DNA from: Azolla caroliniana
Lineage: Eukaryota; Plantae; Polypodiophyta
DNA length: 64,000 nucleotides
Direction of reading: 5' to 3'
Assembly (NCBI GenBank): GCA_043228905.1
Contig: JBHGNT010000003.1
Location: 10,540,001 to 10,604,000 of the forward strand
Shown here: positions 24,612-36,311 of the stretch, one piece after another
Numbering within the stretch: the stretch's first letter is position 1
How the letters are laid out: each line of letters opens with the position of its first letter
Translations under genes and position numbers: made by a program
The notes under the pieces: generated by a model
The model's input: the letters and a program-made list of their open reading frames with translations, nothing else
Database searches by the model: none
Told to the model about the DNA's origin: nothing

Positions 24612-26309
24612 ACTAGTGCCAAATTTGCGCTAAAAGTAGACTTTGCCCAAATAATTTATCCCTAAACAAAATGCAAATCTTCCAATTGATCTCTCCTTTA
24701 AGTGTCATGGTGAGTTTCATGACGTTGATTTCACACTATGTGTTAAACTACTACATGTGGCTAATTGTTGAGAAACCTAAAAGATGATGGATGTTGAGAC
24801 TTATTTAATAAATCTTTATGGATGTGTGCATCCATTGTAAGAACCTCTACTACTACGAAGCAATCAAACATGAGAAAGATGGAGCTTTATGGTTCTTTGC
24901 TATATCTCTCTATATATAAATATGCCTCCCGTGTTTCCCATTGAGGAGAAGAAATCCATCACCCTCAAGGCATGATGAGATCTTCAAGTTATCAAACCCA
25001 AAATGTTAAACTGAGTGGGGAATGAATGAAATACACGCATGCATGGGCAAGTGATCTTGAAGTGCAACATGGCACGTTCCATGATAGGAATACAGATCGG
25101 ATCAAACAAACCTTCACATAAACTAAGAGATATAAACTTTGTAAAATGCTATAAGACATCTAATCATGGTCACTTGACATTAATTGATGCATGATTGAAA
25201 TAATGAAAAGTGAAGATAGTGAAAAGCATACACCAAAAGTGTTTTGGTGTTATACAATGATACCCACTCCCGCCAATTCTTTTTGGGATATAAATTAATA
25301 GACTGGAAACAAATGGTTGGGATTGCACTCATGATGCTTTCGTTATGTTCAACCAATTTGTTCTTTTTAGCAAATAGTTTAGAAGAGCACAAATGCTTAC
25401 GATCGTTTTGAAAAACTTTTGCATTCGTATTAACATGGGTGTCAATAGCTCCAAAACAAGGTTTGTACTTATGATGACTCAAAATAGGCTAAATCATGTT
25501 CTCCTAAAATGATGTGTCACTTCAAATGGCACAATGGATAATGGAAATAACTTGATCTTGACTGTCTTTGACAATGGAAAGGTCAATTCATTAATGAATG
25601 ATTGTGCTATCTTGTCGCTTTGAAGCAGAAAATAGGGTTTACCATTTGTATGAGACATAGCCAAGGGAAATAGGGTTGAGATATCAAGAAATATTAATGT
25701 ATGATGCATTTTAGAACATATTCAACAAAGGAGAAATCAAATGTTGAGCTCCAAAGAATTTCATGTTTCAACACTTCTAAGACTCATGGTTCTCTATGCA
25801 TTGAAGAATGGGTTGGTGGCCTCTGTAAGTCTACATGAAAACAATTTGAAATGCCCAAAAGTAATTTCATTTGACACTTCTTTACATTGAGATACTAACA
25901 ATCCATGCCCCTACTTGATACATAATCACATTTGAGTTAGATCTTAAGGATGGAGCGGGTTGTGGAATTTATGCTTTTGATTAGTAAAACAAGTCTCAAA
26001 ACGAGAATTCAAGTAAAAATTTCACACAAGCAAAATATTAGAGTTCCCAATGAACACGATATATGACGAAATGGTTTGAAAAGAAGAGCCATTCACTTGC
26101 TTCAAATGTCTCAATATATTCTTTTATGAATGTGCAAATGCTATTATGTATTATAACTTGGGAGCGATGCGGAGGTTCATGCTTATGTTATGGAAGCCTG
26201 TCCCTCTTGATGGAGGAGACGGTTCAAAAGCCGGAAATCGGCCGAGAGGCAGAATGGGAGTCGGTTGGCCGAAATCGGCCGAGAAGCGGAACGAAAGTCA
26301 ACTGCCCGA

Positions 26310-26409
26310 NNNNNNNNNNNNNNNNNNNNNNNNNNNNNNNNNNNNNNNNNNNNNNNNNNNNNNNNNNNNNNNNNNNNNNNNNNNNNNNNNNNNNNNNNNN
26401 NNNNNNNNN
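26310..26409. other. Assembly gap (100 N)
   Basis: Run of n characters. Confidence 0.99.
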
Positions 26410-29144
26410 ACAACGTTGAATCCCCTTGGGAGGGGGGGTGGAGCCATTCTAGGCACCACCCCCCACCCCGCAATGCTTCTCTATGCTTCTCTATACGATC
26501 TCTCATCATCATGCTCTTCATCATCCTCATCATGACCACCATGTCTATCTTTATCATTCATCATCCTTAACCCTAACCCTAAAACGTATAACACATTTTG
26601 GCGACCACTACGGCGACCCCCCTTTGGAAACGGAGTCAAAGAATGATACGCGGTGATGAAGGCCATAGCGAAGGCCATAGCGACATATTTGTGTGAGTAC
26701 AGGAAATGACAATGCGATGAAAGAATTCATGAATGGAACGGTGTTTATGTAAGGTTGCGATTGGTGTCCATGTATGTGTTTCCGAATGCGGTTAGTGACA
26801 ATGTGCGTGTTCGAAGCGTGGTGCAAGATGCACGGCTGGACAAACAGCGACGCAAAGAGAACCGGTGCAAGCACGACCGGTAAGAGAAGCCCACCAGGAG
26901 ACTGCGGTGGAAAAGACGCAGTGTGTGGAGCGGAGGCCGGCAGGATGTGCTGAGAGTGCACGAGAGATGGTTCCAGACGAAGCAACGCAGAAAGAGTCGA
27001 AACCGGAATCGGAGCAAGAACCAGACTTGGTTCACATCGAATGGCCATAGAAGACGGAGAAGGAGATGCAAAAGCAGACCAGACATCGAGGACCAGAGAC
27101 ACCAGAAAGCCACGAGCAAACCCTAGGTCGAATACCGGACGAGACTAACAATGGCGACCATGGGGCAACATTGCCGGACAGAAGGCACACAGGCACCGGA
27201 CATGGACGATAGGGAAGCCGGTATCACCGGATAGAAGCGGAAGAGCGGTCGACAGCACCAAGATAGATAGAGATGGAGGTGAAGCCGGAAAAGCTCCGAC
27301 CGGAGAGCGACCGAAGAGCAGTTGGAGTGGCTGAATGGCGCCGGACCGAGCTACGACCGAAACAATGACAAAGAACAAACAGTCGCGGTGGGATATGCGT
27401 CCGAATAGAGGCGGCCAATCACAAAGCGATGGTGACAAACAGAGACTGACCGGAATGGGCCGGACAAATGAACAGAATGTCCGGGACCGAAGGGTCGTTG
27501 ACATCAATACCAAAAGTGCTACGGAGATAGAGAAATAGACAGACGACCAGACACCGACAGAGACGGAAGAGCGACCTAAGAGCGGTCGTAGTGGCCGAAC
27601 GGCGTCGGAATGGAGGTTGCCGGACAAGGACGACAGCAGCGGTCGGAGATGGCCACGACGGCCAAACAGTGGCCGAGGAGCGACCGCAGCATCTAGAATA
27701 GCCGAACAGTGGTCGGAGTGGCCAGACGGGCTGGACAAAGAACCGCCAAACAACGGCCGGAATGGGACGACGATCGGACAACGGATGGCCGGACAACAAC
27801 CAGTGAATGAATAGAGAGACAGAGACCTCGGAAGAGCCGACAACCACCACAGGCGCAGACCTAACAGGAGGCCGACGGGATGCGTCAAAACAAAGGAAGA
27901 AATACGAAGAAAATAAGAAGAAACAGAAACAGAGAAGCAAGAAAGCGATAGGCATAGAAGAAGATGGAGAAATAGAAAGAGGAAGAAGAAAACAGGAAAC
28001 GACAGGGAGTAGAAGGATGGGAAGCAACGGACAATGGACATAGCAGTGGTGAATGAAGAAGAGAAAGAAGAAGATGATGCAGTCTGAGAAACAGAAAGAA
28101 GAGACAGAAAGAAGAGAGAGAAAGGCATACACGGAAGAATAAGGAAGAACGGGAAGAAAGAATGAGGAAGAAGAAAGCAGGCGAGAAAGAAAGAAAGAAG
28201 TAGTAACAGAAATGGAAAAGAAGAGGGAAAGAAGAGAAGGAAAGAAGAAAGATGAGGGTATCAAACATAATTGTAAAAACCTGAGGGTATATAAGAAAAT
28301 TTTAAAAAATCAAAGGGCACCTATGAAATTTTGAAATCTCATCCACCTAAAGAAATGGACGTGATCGACCATGACAACTCACAAAATCAACAAAGAATAA
28401 CATACATGCACACAACATTTTTAAGGACCCGAAAGAGGATACCAAAGTTCGTAAGACGACAGAATGAGAATGTTCGTGTCGCGGAAAAGTCGCTGACCGA
28501 TGGAGATGATCGAGTCAAGCGCTCCGATCGAGGGAGTCGATCGTTGAAAGGACCGATGGAAGTTCCGGTCGAAGAGATATCATCATCAAGGCATGTGGGA
28601 TCGACGTGCAACGCACTTTCCCACGGGCGTGCCATATGTGTTACCCCGTACGAGTTGTACGGAGAGTCAAGTGTGATGAGCGAGGGTCGAATATTATCAT
28701 GATGATGTTGTATATGTGTAGGGAACATAAATGTAATTGTGAGTTGATATGTATGTGAACACATGCACACGTGTGTGCATGTGGAGGGATACGATGAGGT
28801 GTGAGTGAGTGTCCAGTATGAATGCTCTATGGAGCTTACACCCCTTTGTATCTACCCCCTCTTGTACTATTTAACCCCCTTATGGGGAATGAATGAAGAA
28901 TGAACCATTTTCTCTCCTAATCTCTCTCTTGTCATCCCACTTTCTCTCTCTCTCCCCCTCAACGTTGAATCCCCTTGGGAGGGGGGGTGGAGCCATTCTA
29001 GGCACCACCCCCCACCCCGCAATGCTTCTCTATGCTTCTCTATACGATCTCTCATCATCATGCTCTTCATCATCCTCATCATGACCACCATGTCTATCTT
29101 TATCATTCATCATCCTTAACCCTAACCCTAAAACCTATAACACA
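26410..29144 (+). mobile_element. Non-autonomous LTR retrotransposon: 5' LTR remnant 26410-26595, PBS 26599, about 2-kb non-coding interior, 3' LTR 28637-29144
   Basis: 26410-26595 matches 28960-29144 almost exactly; LTR termini TGTGTTA..TAACACA; TGGCGACCACTAC PBS; no gag/pol motifs in any ORF. Confidence 0.85.
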
Positions 29145-29167
29145 TCACACAGGTCTTTGACATACCC

Positions 29168-30697
29168 GTGGATTCCGACATTACCAATACTATACGTGAG
29201 GACTTGAAGACTGACGCTTTCGCCCAAGCTATACTAGCACAAATTGACCCCTCTCGAGCGTCATGTTCACAATCACAATCACCAGGTACGGATTATCGGC
29301 AATTCAAATACTGTGATGGATTACTCTTCTTTAAAGAACTTTTGTATGTTCCTAATGGTTCTTGCCGCCTTCGAGTAGTACAAAATTGCCATGACACATA
29401 TACAGCAGGACATTTTGGTAGTACTAAAACATTAGATTTAGTACAACGATCATTCTGGTGGCCCCGTATGCGACAATTTGTCGAAGATTTTGTTCGGACT
29501 TGCGATACATGCTGCAGAGCGAAAATGCCAAGACATCATCCATATGGTTTATTAGAACCATTACCAATTCCAAGCAAGCCATGGCAATCCATTGCTCTTG
29601 ACTTCATTACAGATCTTCCAGTCTCTAAGGGATTCAGTGCGATTCTCACAGTGGTGGATCGATATACGAAGATGGCTCATTTCTTACCATGTACTAAAGA
29701 AATATCTAGTGAAGACACCGCCGAAATTGTCATGCGGGAAGTATGTCGGCATCATGGACTCCCTGATAATATCATCAGCGATCGTGGACCCCAGTTTGTG
29801 TCAAAATTCTGGAAGCACCTTTTTAAAATGCTGAAGGTCACTTGTAACCTCTCCTCCGGCTACCACCCACAAACCGACGGTCAAGCCGAACGAACAAATC
29901 AAACACTGGAGCAGTATCTGCGGTGCTTTCTCAACTATCATCAGAATGACTGGGCAGATATTCTTCAGTTCGCCGAATTTGCCTATAATAACGCTATCCA
30001 CGCATCGACTAAAGTCACGCCATTCTACGCTTATACGGGATATCATCCCCGGTGGTGCGTCCTTGAAACCCCAGAAGTGTCCACAAATCCTTGCGCGGAG
30101 GATCGTTTGGAGCGGTTACGCAAGATACAAGCGGATTTATCTACTCAACTCCAGCAAGCTCAACAATCACACAAGGACTACGCAGATCGTCATCGACTTC
30201 CATCCAGTTTTAACATTGGAGATCGGGTGTGGCTGCTACGACGACACATCAAGACTACTCGCCCATGTGAGAAGTTGGATTATCGGCGATTAGGTCCTTT
30301 CCGTATTATCGGGAAGATTAATGATGTTGCTTTTCGTCTCGAGCTACCTCCGCAACTTCGGATACATCCGGTGTTTCATAGTTCTCTCCTCGAACCCTAT
30401 CACGAGAGCACTATCCCAGGACGTACTATACAACCACCACCTCCTATCGAGCTCGAAGATGGACCTGAATATGAGGTCGCTGCCATCCTCGATTCCAAGA
30501 TTGTTCGCAACAAGCTCTACTATCTAGTCGATTGGCTAGGATATAGTCCCAGCGAGCGTACTTGGGAACCGATCGAGAATGTGACCAATGCTCGTGCTCT
30601 TCTAGAAGACTTCCATCGACGATATCCCGAGAAACCGGGTCCTCAATCCAAAACGACTCGTGGAACTCGTCGTTTTAAAGGGGGGATAGTGTCATAA
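29168..30697 (+). CDS. Integrase plus group I chromodomain (open frame, 509 aa)
   Basis: HD..AGHFG..CDTC zinc finger; PWQSIALDFI..VVDR..IISDRGPQF..HPQTDGQAER; GPF/HPVFH; EYEVAAILDSK..YYLVDWLGY...ERTWEP. Confidence 0.93.
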   Translation: MDSDITNTIREDLKTDAFAQAILAQIDPSRASCSQSQSPGTDYRQFKYCDGLLFFKELLYVPNGSCRLRVVQNCHDTYTAGHFGSTKTLDLVQRSFWWPRMRQFVEDFVRTCDTCCRAKMPRHHPYGLLEPLPIPSKPWQSIALDFITDLPVSKGFSAILTVVDRYTKMAHFLPCTKEISSEDTAEIVMREVCRHHGLPDNIISDRGPQFVSKFWKHLFKMLKVTCNLSSGYHPQTDGQAERTNQTLEQYLRCFLNYHQNDWADILQFAEFAYNNAIHASTKVTPFYAYTGYHPRWCVLETPEVSTNPCAEDRLERLRKIQADLSTQLQQAQQSHKDYADRHRLPSSFNIGDRVWLLRRHIKTTRPCEKLDYRRLGPFRIIGKINDVAFRLELPPQLRIHPVFHSSLLEPYHESTIPGRTIQPPPPIELEDGPEYEVAAILDSKIVRNKLYYLVDWLGYSPSERTWEPIENVTNARALLEDFHRRYPEKPGPQSKTTRGTRRFKGGIVS

Positions 30698-30760
30698 CTA
30701 GACTCGAACCCATAACCTTTTGTTACACGGGTCGAGACTTTACCATTAGGTTATGAATTG
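30690..30760 (-). promoter_or_regulatory. tRNA-like Pol III A-box/B-box cassette at the extreme 5' end of the Tcn1-like LTR
   Basis: A box TAACCTAATGG (30753-30743), B box GGTTCGAGTCT (30710-30700); same 54-nt span as the cassette at 12281-12334. Confidence 0.65.
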
Positions 30761-30975
30761 TAATTTGAAGGATATTATTTTCATTTAGGTTTTATTGGGA
30801 AATTGATGTATATTCCAGATTTCTCTGGAACATTCTAGAAACTTCAGGAGTATTCCTGAAGACACTATAAAAGGAGGCGCAAGGCATTAGTTCGAACCAA
30901 ATCGGTTCAACGCCAGTCTTAAGCCTTTTAACTACTGTTGTATATCTTCCTTCATATAATACATATATCTTTCGC

Positions 30976-31015
<40 letters not shown>

Positions 31016-31148
31016 ACTCATTCCTTCTCTCAAAGTTCGACACCTCTCATAGTACTAATCCTTCTCTGTCTTAGTACTATTCCCCAACAATAGTACTAAT
31101 CCTTCTTTTAGTACTAATTCCTTCTCTGCCTTAATAGAGTTCCTGACA

Positions 31149-33175
31149 GACGTGAAGACGGCTTTCCTTCACGGCGACCTCGAAGAGGAGATCTACATGC
31201 AGCAACCGGAAGGATTCGTGGAGAAAGGGAAGGAGCACCTAGTATACCGGTTGAAGAAGAGCCTGTACGGACTGAAGCGGGCTCCCCGACAATGGTACCG
31301 GAAGTTCGACTCCTTCATGACCAATCAAGGGTACCACAAGACACAGGCCGATCACTGCGTGTTTGTGAAGAAGTTCGAAGGAGGCGACTTCTTGATACTC
31401 CTTCTGTACGTGGACGACATGTTGATAGTCGGACGGGACCAAGCCAAAATACGGATGCTAAAGAAGGCTCTCAACCAGACCTTCTCAATGAAAGACTTGG
31501 GTCCAGCAAGACATATGCTGGGAATGCATATCATCCGGAACCGGTCAATGAAGCAATTGTGGCTGTCACAGGAGAAGTACGTGACAATGGTGCTTCAGCG
31601 GTTCAACATGTCAGATGCGAAACCGGTCGGATCGACACTTCCGGCAAACTGCAAGTTATCCGGTAAGCAAAGCCCGAAGACGAAAGTAGAGAAGGCTGAT
31701 ATGATGAAGGTTCCATATGCCTCTGCCGTCGGGAGCCTAATGTACGCAATGGTGTGTACCCTACCGGATATAGGATACGCAGTCGGAGTGGTGAGCCGGT
31801 TTATGAGCAATCCCGGCAAGGAGCACTGGAACGCGGTCAAATGGATACTCCGGTACTTGAAGGGTACTACCAATATGTGTCTCCGATTTGGCTTCGGAAA
31901 ACCTCAACTTGACGGTTTCACCGATTCGGACATGTCGGCTAATGTGGATACCAGCCGGTCTACATTCGGGTATGTAATGACATATGCAGGGGGAGCTGTA
32001 TCATGGCAGTCGAGGTTGCAAAAGACGGTTGCATTGTCAACCACGGAGGCGGAGTACATGGCGGCTGTGGAAGCCGGCAAGGAAATATTATGGATGAAGG
32101 AATTCATCGGAGAGCTCGGTATCCGGCAAGATGAATACCGGCTCTATTGCGATAGTCAAAGTGCCATCCACCTTTCTAAGAATGCGGCCTACCATTCCCG
32201 GACGAAGCATATCCAGCGAAGGTATCACTGGATCCGGGAAAGAGTAGATGACCAGGAGTTCGCGCTGACAAAGATCCACACGGCCGAGAACGGGTCAGAT
32301 ATGTTGACCAAAGTGTTGATACCCGACAAGCTGGATGCATGCCGGAGGCGGATCGGACTAGTAAGACACCCCATGCCGGAGTGAAGGGGGAGTTTGCTCA
32401 TCAGCACTGCTCTTCTCCCTTCCCATCCGGAGGGACCTGAGAACCGGATGAGGAGTACCCGGCTATGGAGAGCCGGATGGTGCAGACCCGGTGAGAGCCG
32501 AATGAGGATTACTCGGCTACGAAGAGCCGGATGGTGTAGACCCGATGAGAACCGGATGAGGATTACCCGGCTACGGAGAGCCGGATGGTGCAGACCCGAT
32601 GAGAACCGGATGAGGTTTACCTGGCTACGGAGAGCCGGATGGTGCAGACCCAGTGAGAACCGGATGAGGAGTACCTGGCTACAGAGAGCCGGATGGTGAA
32701 GACCCGGTGAGGAGTGCTCACCGAATGAAGAGACATATTCGTAAATATGTTTCTGAGAGTCCATCGTGGCTATATTTGTAAATAGCCGAAAAGTCATATT
32801 AGTATAAATATGACTTAGGGCAAACTTTTATGTAGAGGGTTGTCATTCTTGTTGGCACAAGAGATCAGAGTGCGTAACTGTGTATAGAGAGAGAGAGAGA
32901 GGAAGAGGTCGTTGCCTCTGTTGTAACTGCCGCCTGTGGCGAAGATAGAAAGCTCGAGGTTGTTGCCTCGGTGCTTTACTGTTGTACACTGTAACATAGT
33001 GATAGTTTGCAACCTGTGGGCTGCCGTGGTTTTTTCCCTAGTTTGGGTTTTCCACATAAACATCCTGTGTACTCTTCTCTTCACTGTGTCGTGCATTCAT
33101 TCATGTTTTTTTGTGTATGATTCTAAGATCGGTTGTGGCCGAGCGTTGCGCGTAGGGGGCGTTTAGTTCCCGTCA
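31149..33175 (+). mobile_element. Copia family B group 3' half: RT/RNase H ORF 31149-32384, PPT 32384-32392, 3' LTR 32395-33175
   Basis: DVKTAFLHGDL, LLYVDDML, GFTDSDM, YCDSQSAI, RTKHI, SDMLTK; LTR homologous to solo LTR 1938-2629 (end may be 33177). Confidence 0.93.
32439..32712 (+). repeat. Tandem repeat, about 5 x 54 bp, in LTR U3
   Basis: Unit GAGAACCGGATGAGGATTACCCGGCTACGGAGAGCCGGATGGTGCAGACCCGAT. Confidence 0.92.
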
Positions 33176-35855
33176 CAGTCTACGCACTGGGTTACACTGC
33201 GTACTTTGCACCGAATGTTGAGCTTGTCTCTCAACAACTCATTGTCCATCAGGTTTTCATATTCTGGCATTTTCGCCTTGCCTTTGTTCAGGTTCGGACT
33301 CGGCCGAGATGTGCTTCGATCGCGCAACAACTCTTGTGGTCCACTCAACCTTGTCGTATGGGGGTTGTCTTCGTACGTATGTTCGAGTCGATCTTGTTCT
33401 TGTCTCTTGTTTGTCAAATTCTGAGTCGACTGGAGTAGAAATCAGAGTCATCTCAGGATCATACCAAGATGCCAATTCGTCGAAAATGATGTCTCGACTC
33501 ACTCGAGCTTTTCGGGTAGATGGGTTGTAGCATTTGTACCCCTTCTGTTCGAGCGAGTACCCTATGAGGATACATTTCTCCGACTTGGGGTCTAGATTTT
33601 GTCGCGTCTCGTCGGGAATATGCACATAGGCGATTGAGCCAAAAATATGGACATGTGATAAATCCGGCTTCTTTCCAAAAAACCTCTCATGAGGGGTTGC
33701 GTCGTGTACCCCAGAGGTTGTACATCTGTTCATGAGATATACAGCTATGTTTGCCGCTTCTGCCCAGTACGATTTCGGTAGGTTCTTCTCATTCATCATT
33801 GCCCGTGCAACCTCTACTATGTGCCAATTCTTCCGTTCAGCTACACCATTTTGCTGAGGTGTATTTCGACACAAGAATTCTCGTTGTATTCCTTCCCTTC
33901 GAAGATATGCCGAAAACTCGTCCAAGAAATTTTCTTTGCCTTCATCTGATCGAAGGCAGCGTACATGTAGGCCAGTGGCTTTCTCGAGTTCATTCTTAAA
34001 CCTTTGGAAGTGTCCGAACACTTCGCTCTTCTGTCTCATTGGGTAGATCCAAGTGTGCCTAGAGAAGTCATCGATGAACGTGACATAGTAGCGGCAACCT
34101 CCGAATGTTGCGGTCTGGGCTGGTTCCCACACATCTGAATGTACTACATCTAGGATCCCTTTACTCACATTCCTCTCTTTCGAGAATGGATGTCAGCATT
34201 GTTTTCCAATTTGGCACACCTTGCATACGCTTGTAATCTCCTTCTCGGTAAAGTTCAGGAGTCCGATTACGACTCCTTTCAATTGCATGTTCTGGAGCTT
34301 CTGGAGATTAATGTGGCCAATTCGCTTGTGCCATAGTTTCAAGTCAGTTTCAACTTTAAGGCCTTTCGTGAACATACCGATTTCACCTCTTCTGATTCGA
34401 GGATGAACATTCAGCCTTCTCAGCGACCATGCGCTATGATTTGATCATCCTTTTCGATGAAGCACCCTTCATTATTGAATCGTACTCGCATACCTTGTTG
34501 GATAATCTAGCCGACCGAGACCGGATTTTTCGTGATGGTAGGGACATGCAAGACGTTCTTGAGGTAGGTTTGTTTGCCGTCATTTCCGAATGGAACATTT
34601 CTGACATGTCGAATTGGGTGAGTCGTATCATCTCAGGTTTCGACATAGCCGGATCGATCAAGCTTTCGTAAATCTCGAAACCAATCTTCATGGGATGTCG
34701 TGTGATTGGATGCTCCCGAGTCGACAAACCATATGCTATCTGAAGAAGAGGTGCTAATTGGGGTCGGTGCCGACATCGAATGTGCTTCATGCCTCATTAC
34801 GAACATCCCGCCAAGATTGTCGTAGTCGGAATTCGAAGCGTAGTTTGTGAGTTGTTGGCTAGTCGAAGTCGAGTCTCGTATCTTTTTTCGGCACTCCTCT
34901 TCATAGTGGTCGTGTTTTCCACAGTACCCTCATTCGATCGGGTTGTTACGATTGCTCGGTCCGACGGGGTGGATCCCCCTTCTACCAAACTCTCTGGGAT
35001 GGTTCCTGTCCTCTTGCCATTGGTGGGAGTTACTCTCTTGGGTCAGCTAATCGTGTCAGCCTCGTTCAAACCGACCTCTATTTCCACAACCAAATCCTCT
35101 TCTATCATCCTACTGTGAGTAGAGCATCTAACCATTAGGCGCATTGTTCCTTTGTCGAACGTCCTTTTCTTCAACCAACAGAATCGATTGAAGGTCGAAA
35201 GAGGGAGCGTTCTCCCTTGCAAGAATGGCCGATCTGATCGTGCTAAATCGAGGTGCCAAGCTGCCGAGGCATATTTGCACCATTTCTTCATCATCAATGA
35301 CGGCATTAATCGAACCGAGGGCATCCACAACTCCTTGATCTTCAAGGTATAGCCGATGATCGACATGTCCTTCTATTGCACGTTGTTTGGCTCCTGTTGA
35401 AGTTTGAGCTTTCGTGCAACCATATTGGCCGCAAAAATCTTCTTGAGATTTCCCCAAACTTCTTTTGGCGTCTTCAAATCTCGAATATAACCGACCATGT
35501 GGTCATGAACGCATGACGCAAGGCAGTACACCACATGGCTCGTGGCCTGCTCCCATGCCAGGTAGTCGGCGTGTGTCTGGTTGAGTTGCATTTCGTGAGC
35601 TCCTTCGATGTAGCTCTAGTAACCTTGTCCGACAAGGTACTGATGCATCTTGTACTCCCAAGATGTGAAGTTTGTTTCTATCGAGCTTCTCGGTGGGAAG
35701 AGTGCTTCCCATCTGGGTGTTCATTCTGGAACTTCTTCTACCCTTGATGCGAGCTTGACCACAACACACGTACAGGTGATGGGCTTGGATCAAGCTACCA
35801 CATACTCTGCTACCACATAAAGAATCAAGAGTAATTCTGTGCAACGAAAGGACTC

Positions 35856-35886
<31 letters not shown>

Positions 35887-36105
35887 ACGTGAGACAAGAG
35901 AGAGAATGAGAGAGAGAGAGAGAGAGAGCTCTAGACAGGAAACTGTATATTACATCCAACAATAACTAAGTTACAAAAGGTTGGTTTAAATACCAACTAG
36001 TCTAGGGCAAATGCCCTTTCTACTAATTACAAAAAATGTCTTAGTATGTTGTCCACCAATTAGTGTGAACACTATTCCTATGGAAGTTGAGTTCGATTCT
36101 CAACA
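33176..36105 (-). mobile_element. Decayed Copia related to family C: 5' LTR about 35816-36105, gag-protease-integrase remnants
   Basis: MGSTLPTEKLDR.., LWHKRIGH, HSDVWEPA..FIDD..PQQNGVAERKN; PBS-like TGGTAGCAGAG; frameshifted. Confidence 0.88.
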
Positions 36106-36311
36106 GAGTCTTATCCTCGTCAAAAGATATAAGGGAATATTTTGGTCTACTATCAAGAAAGAGAAGAGCGACTACCTTGTGAGACAAAGTTCGACGGTTC
36201 AACAACGCATGCAACCATTTTGTAACTCTTTCATGAAATAATTATAAATTTCTTACATTCCCTCAATTATCATTTTACATCCTATCTTCTTGATCTCTAT
36301 TTTACTCTATC

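Larger units (their letters stand above)
29145..31148 (+). mobile_element. Gypsy chromovirus (Tcn1-like) 3' half; LTR 30690-31148
   Basis: PPT AAGGGGGGATAG then TGTCA..TGACA; inserted at the DVKTAF motif of a Copia RT. Confidence 0.9.

Noticed and set aside
26063-26570. ORFs spanning the N run
   Set aside because: Artefacts of the assembly gap.
27145-28268. Long minus-strand ORFs (327, 281, 127 aa) with hydrophobic, envelope-like composition
   Set aside because: Overlapping frames over a pyrimidine-rich strand that lacks stop codons by composition; Ser/Leu/Phe low complexity, no domain motif.
32439-32712. Regular repeats resembling a CRISPR array or an 18-aa repeat protein
   Set aside because: Contiguous tandem units without unique spacers, inside a Copia LTR; eukaryotic context; ORF is a by-product of a 54-bp unit.
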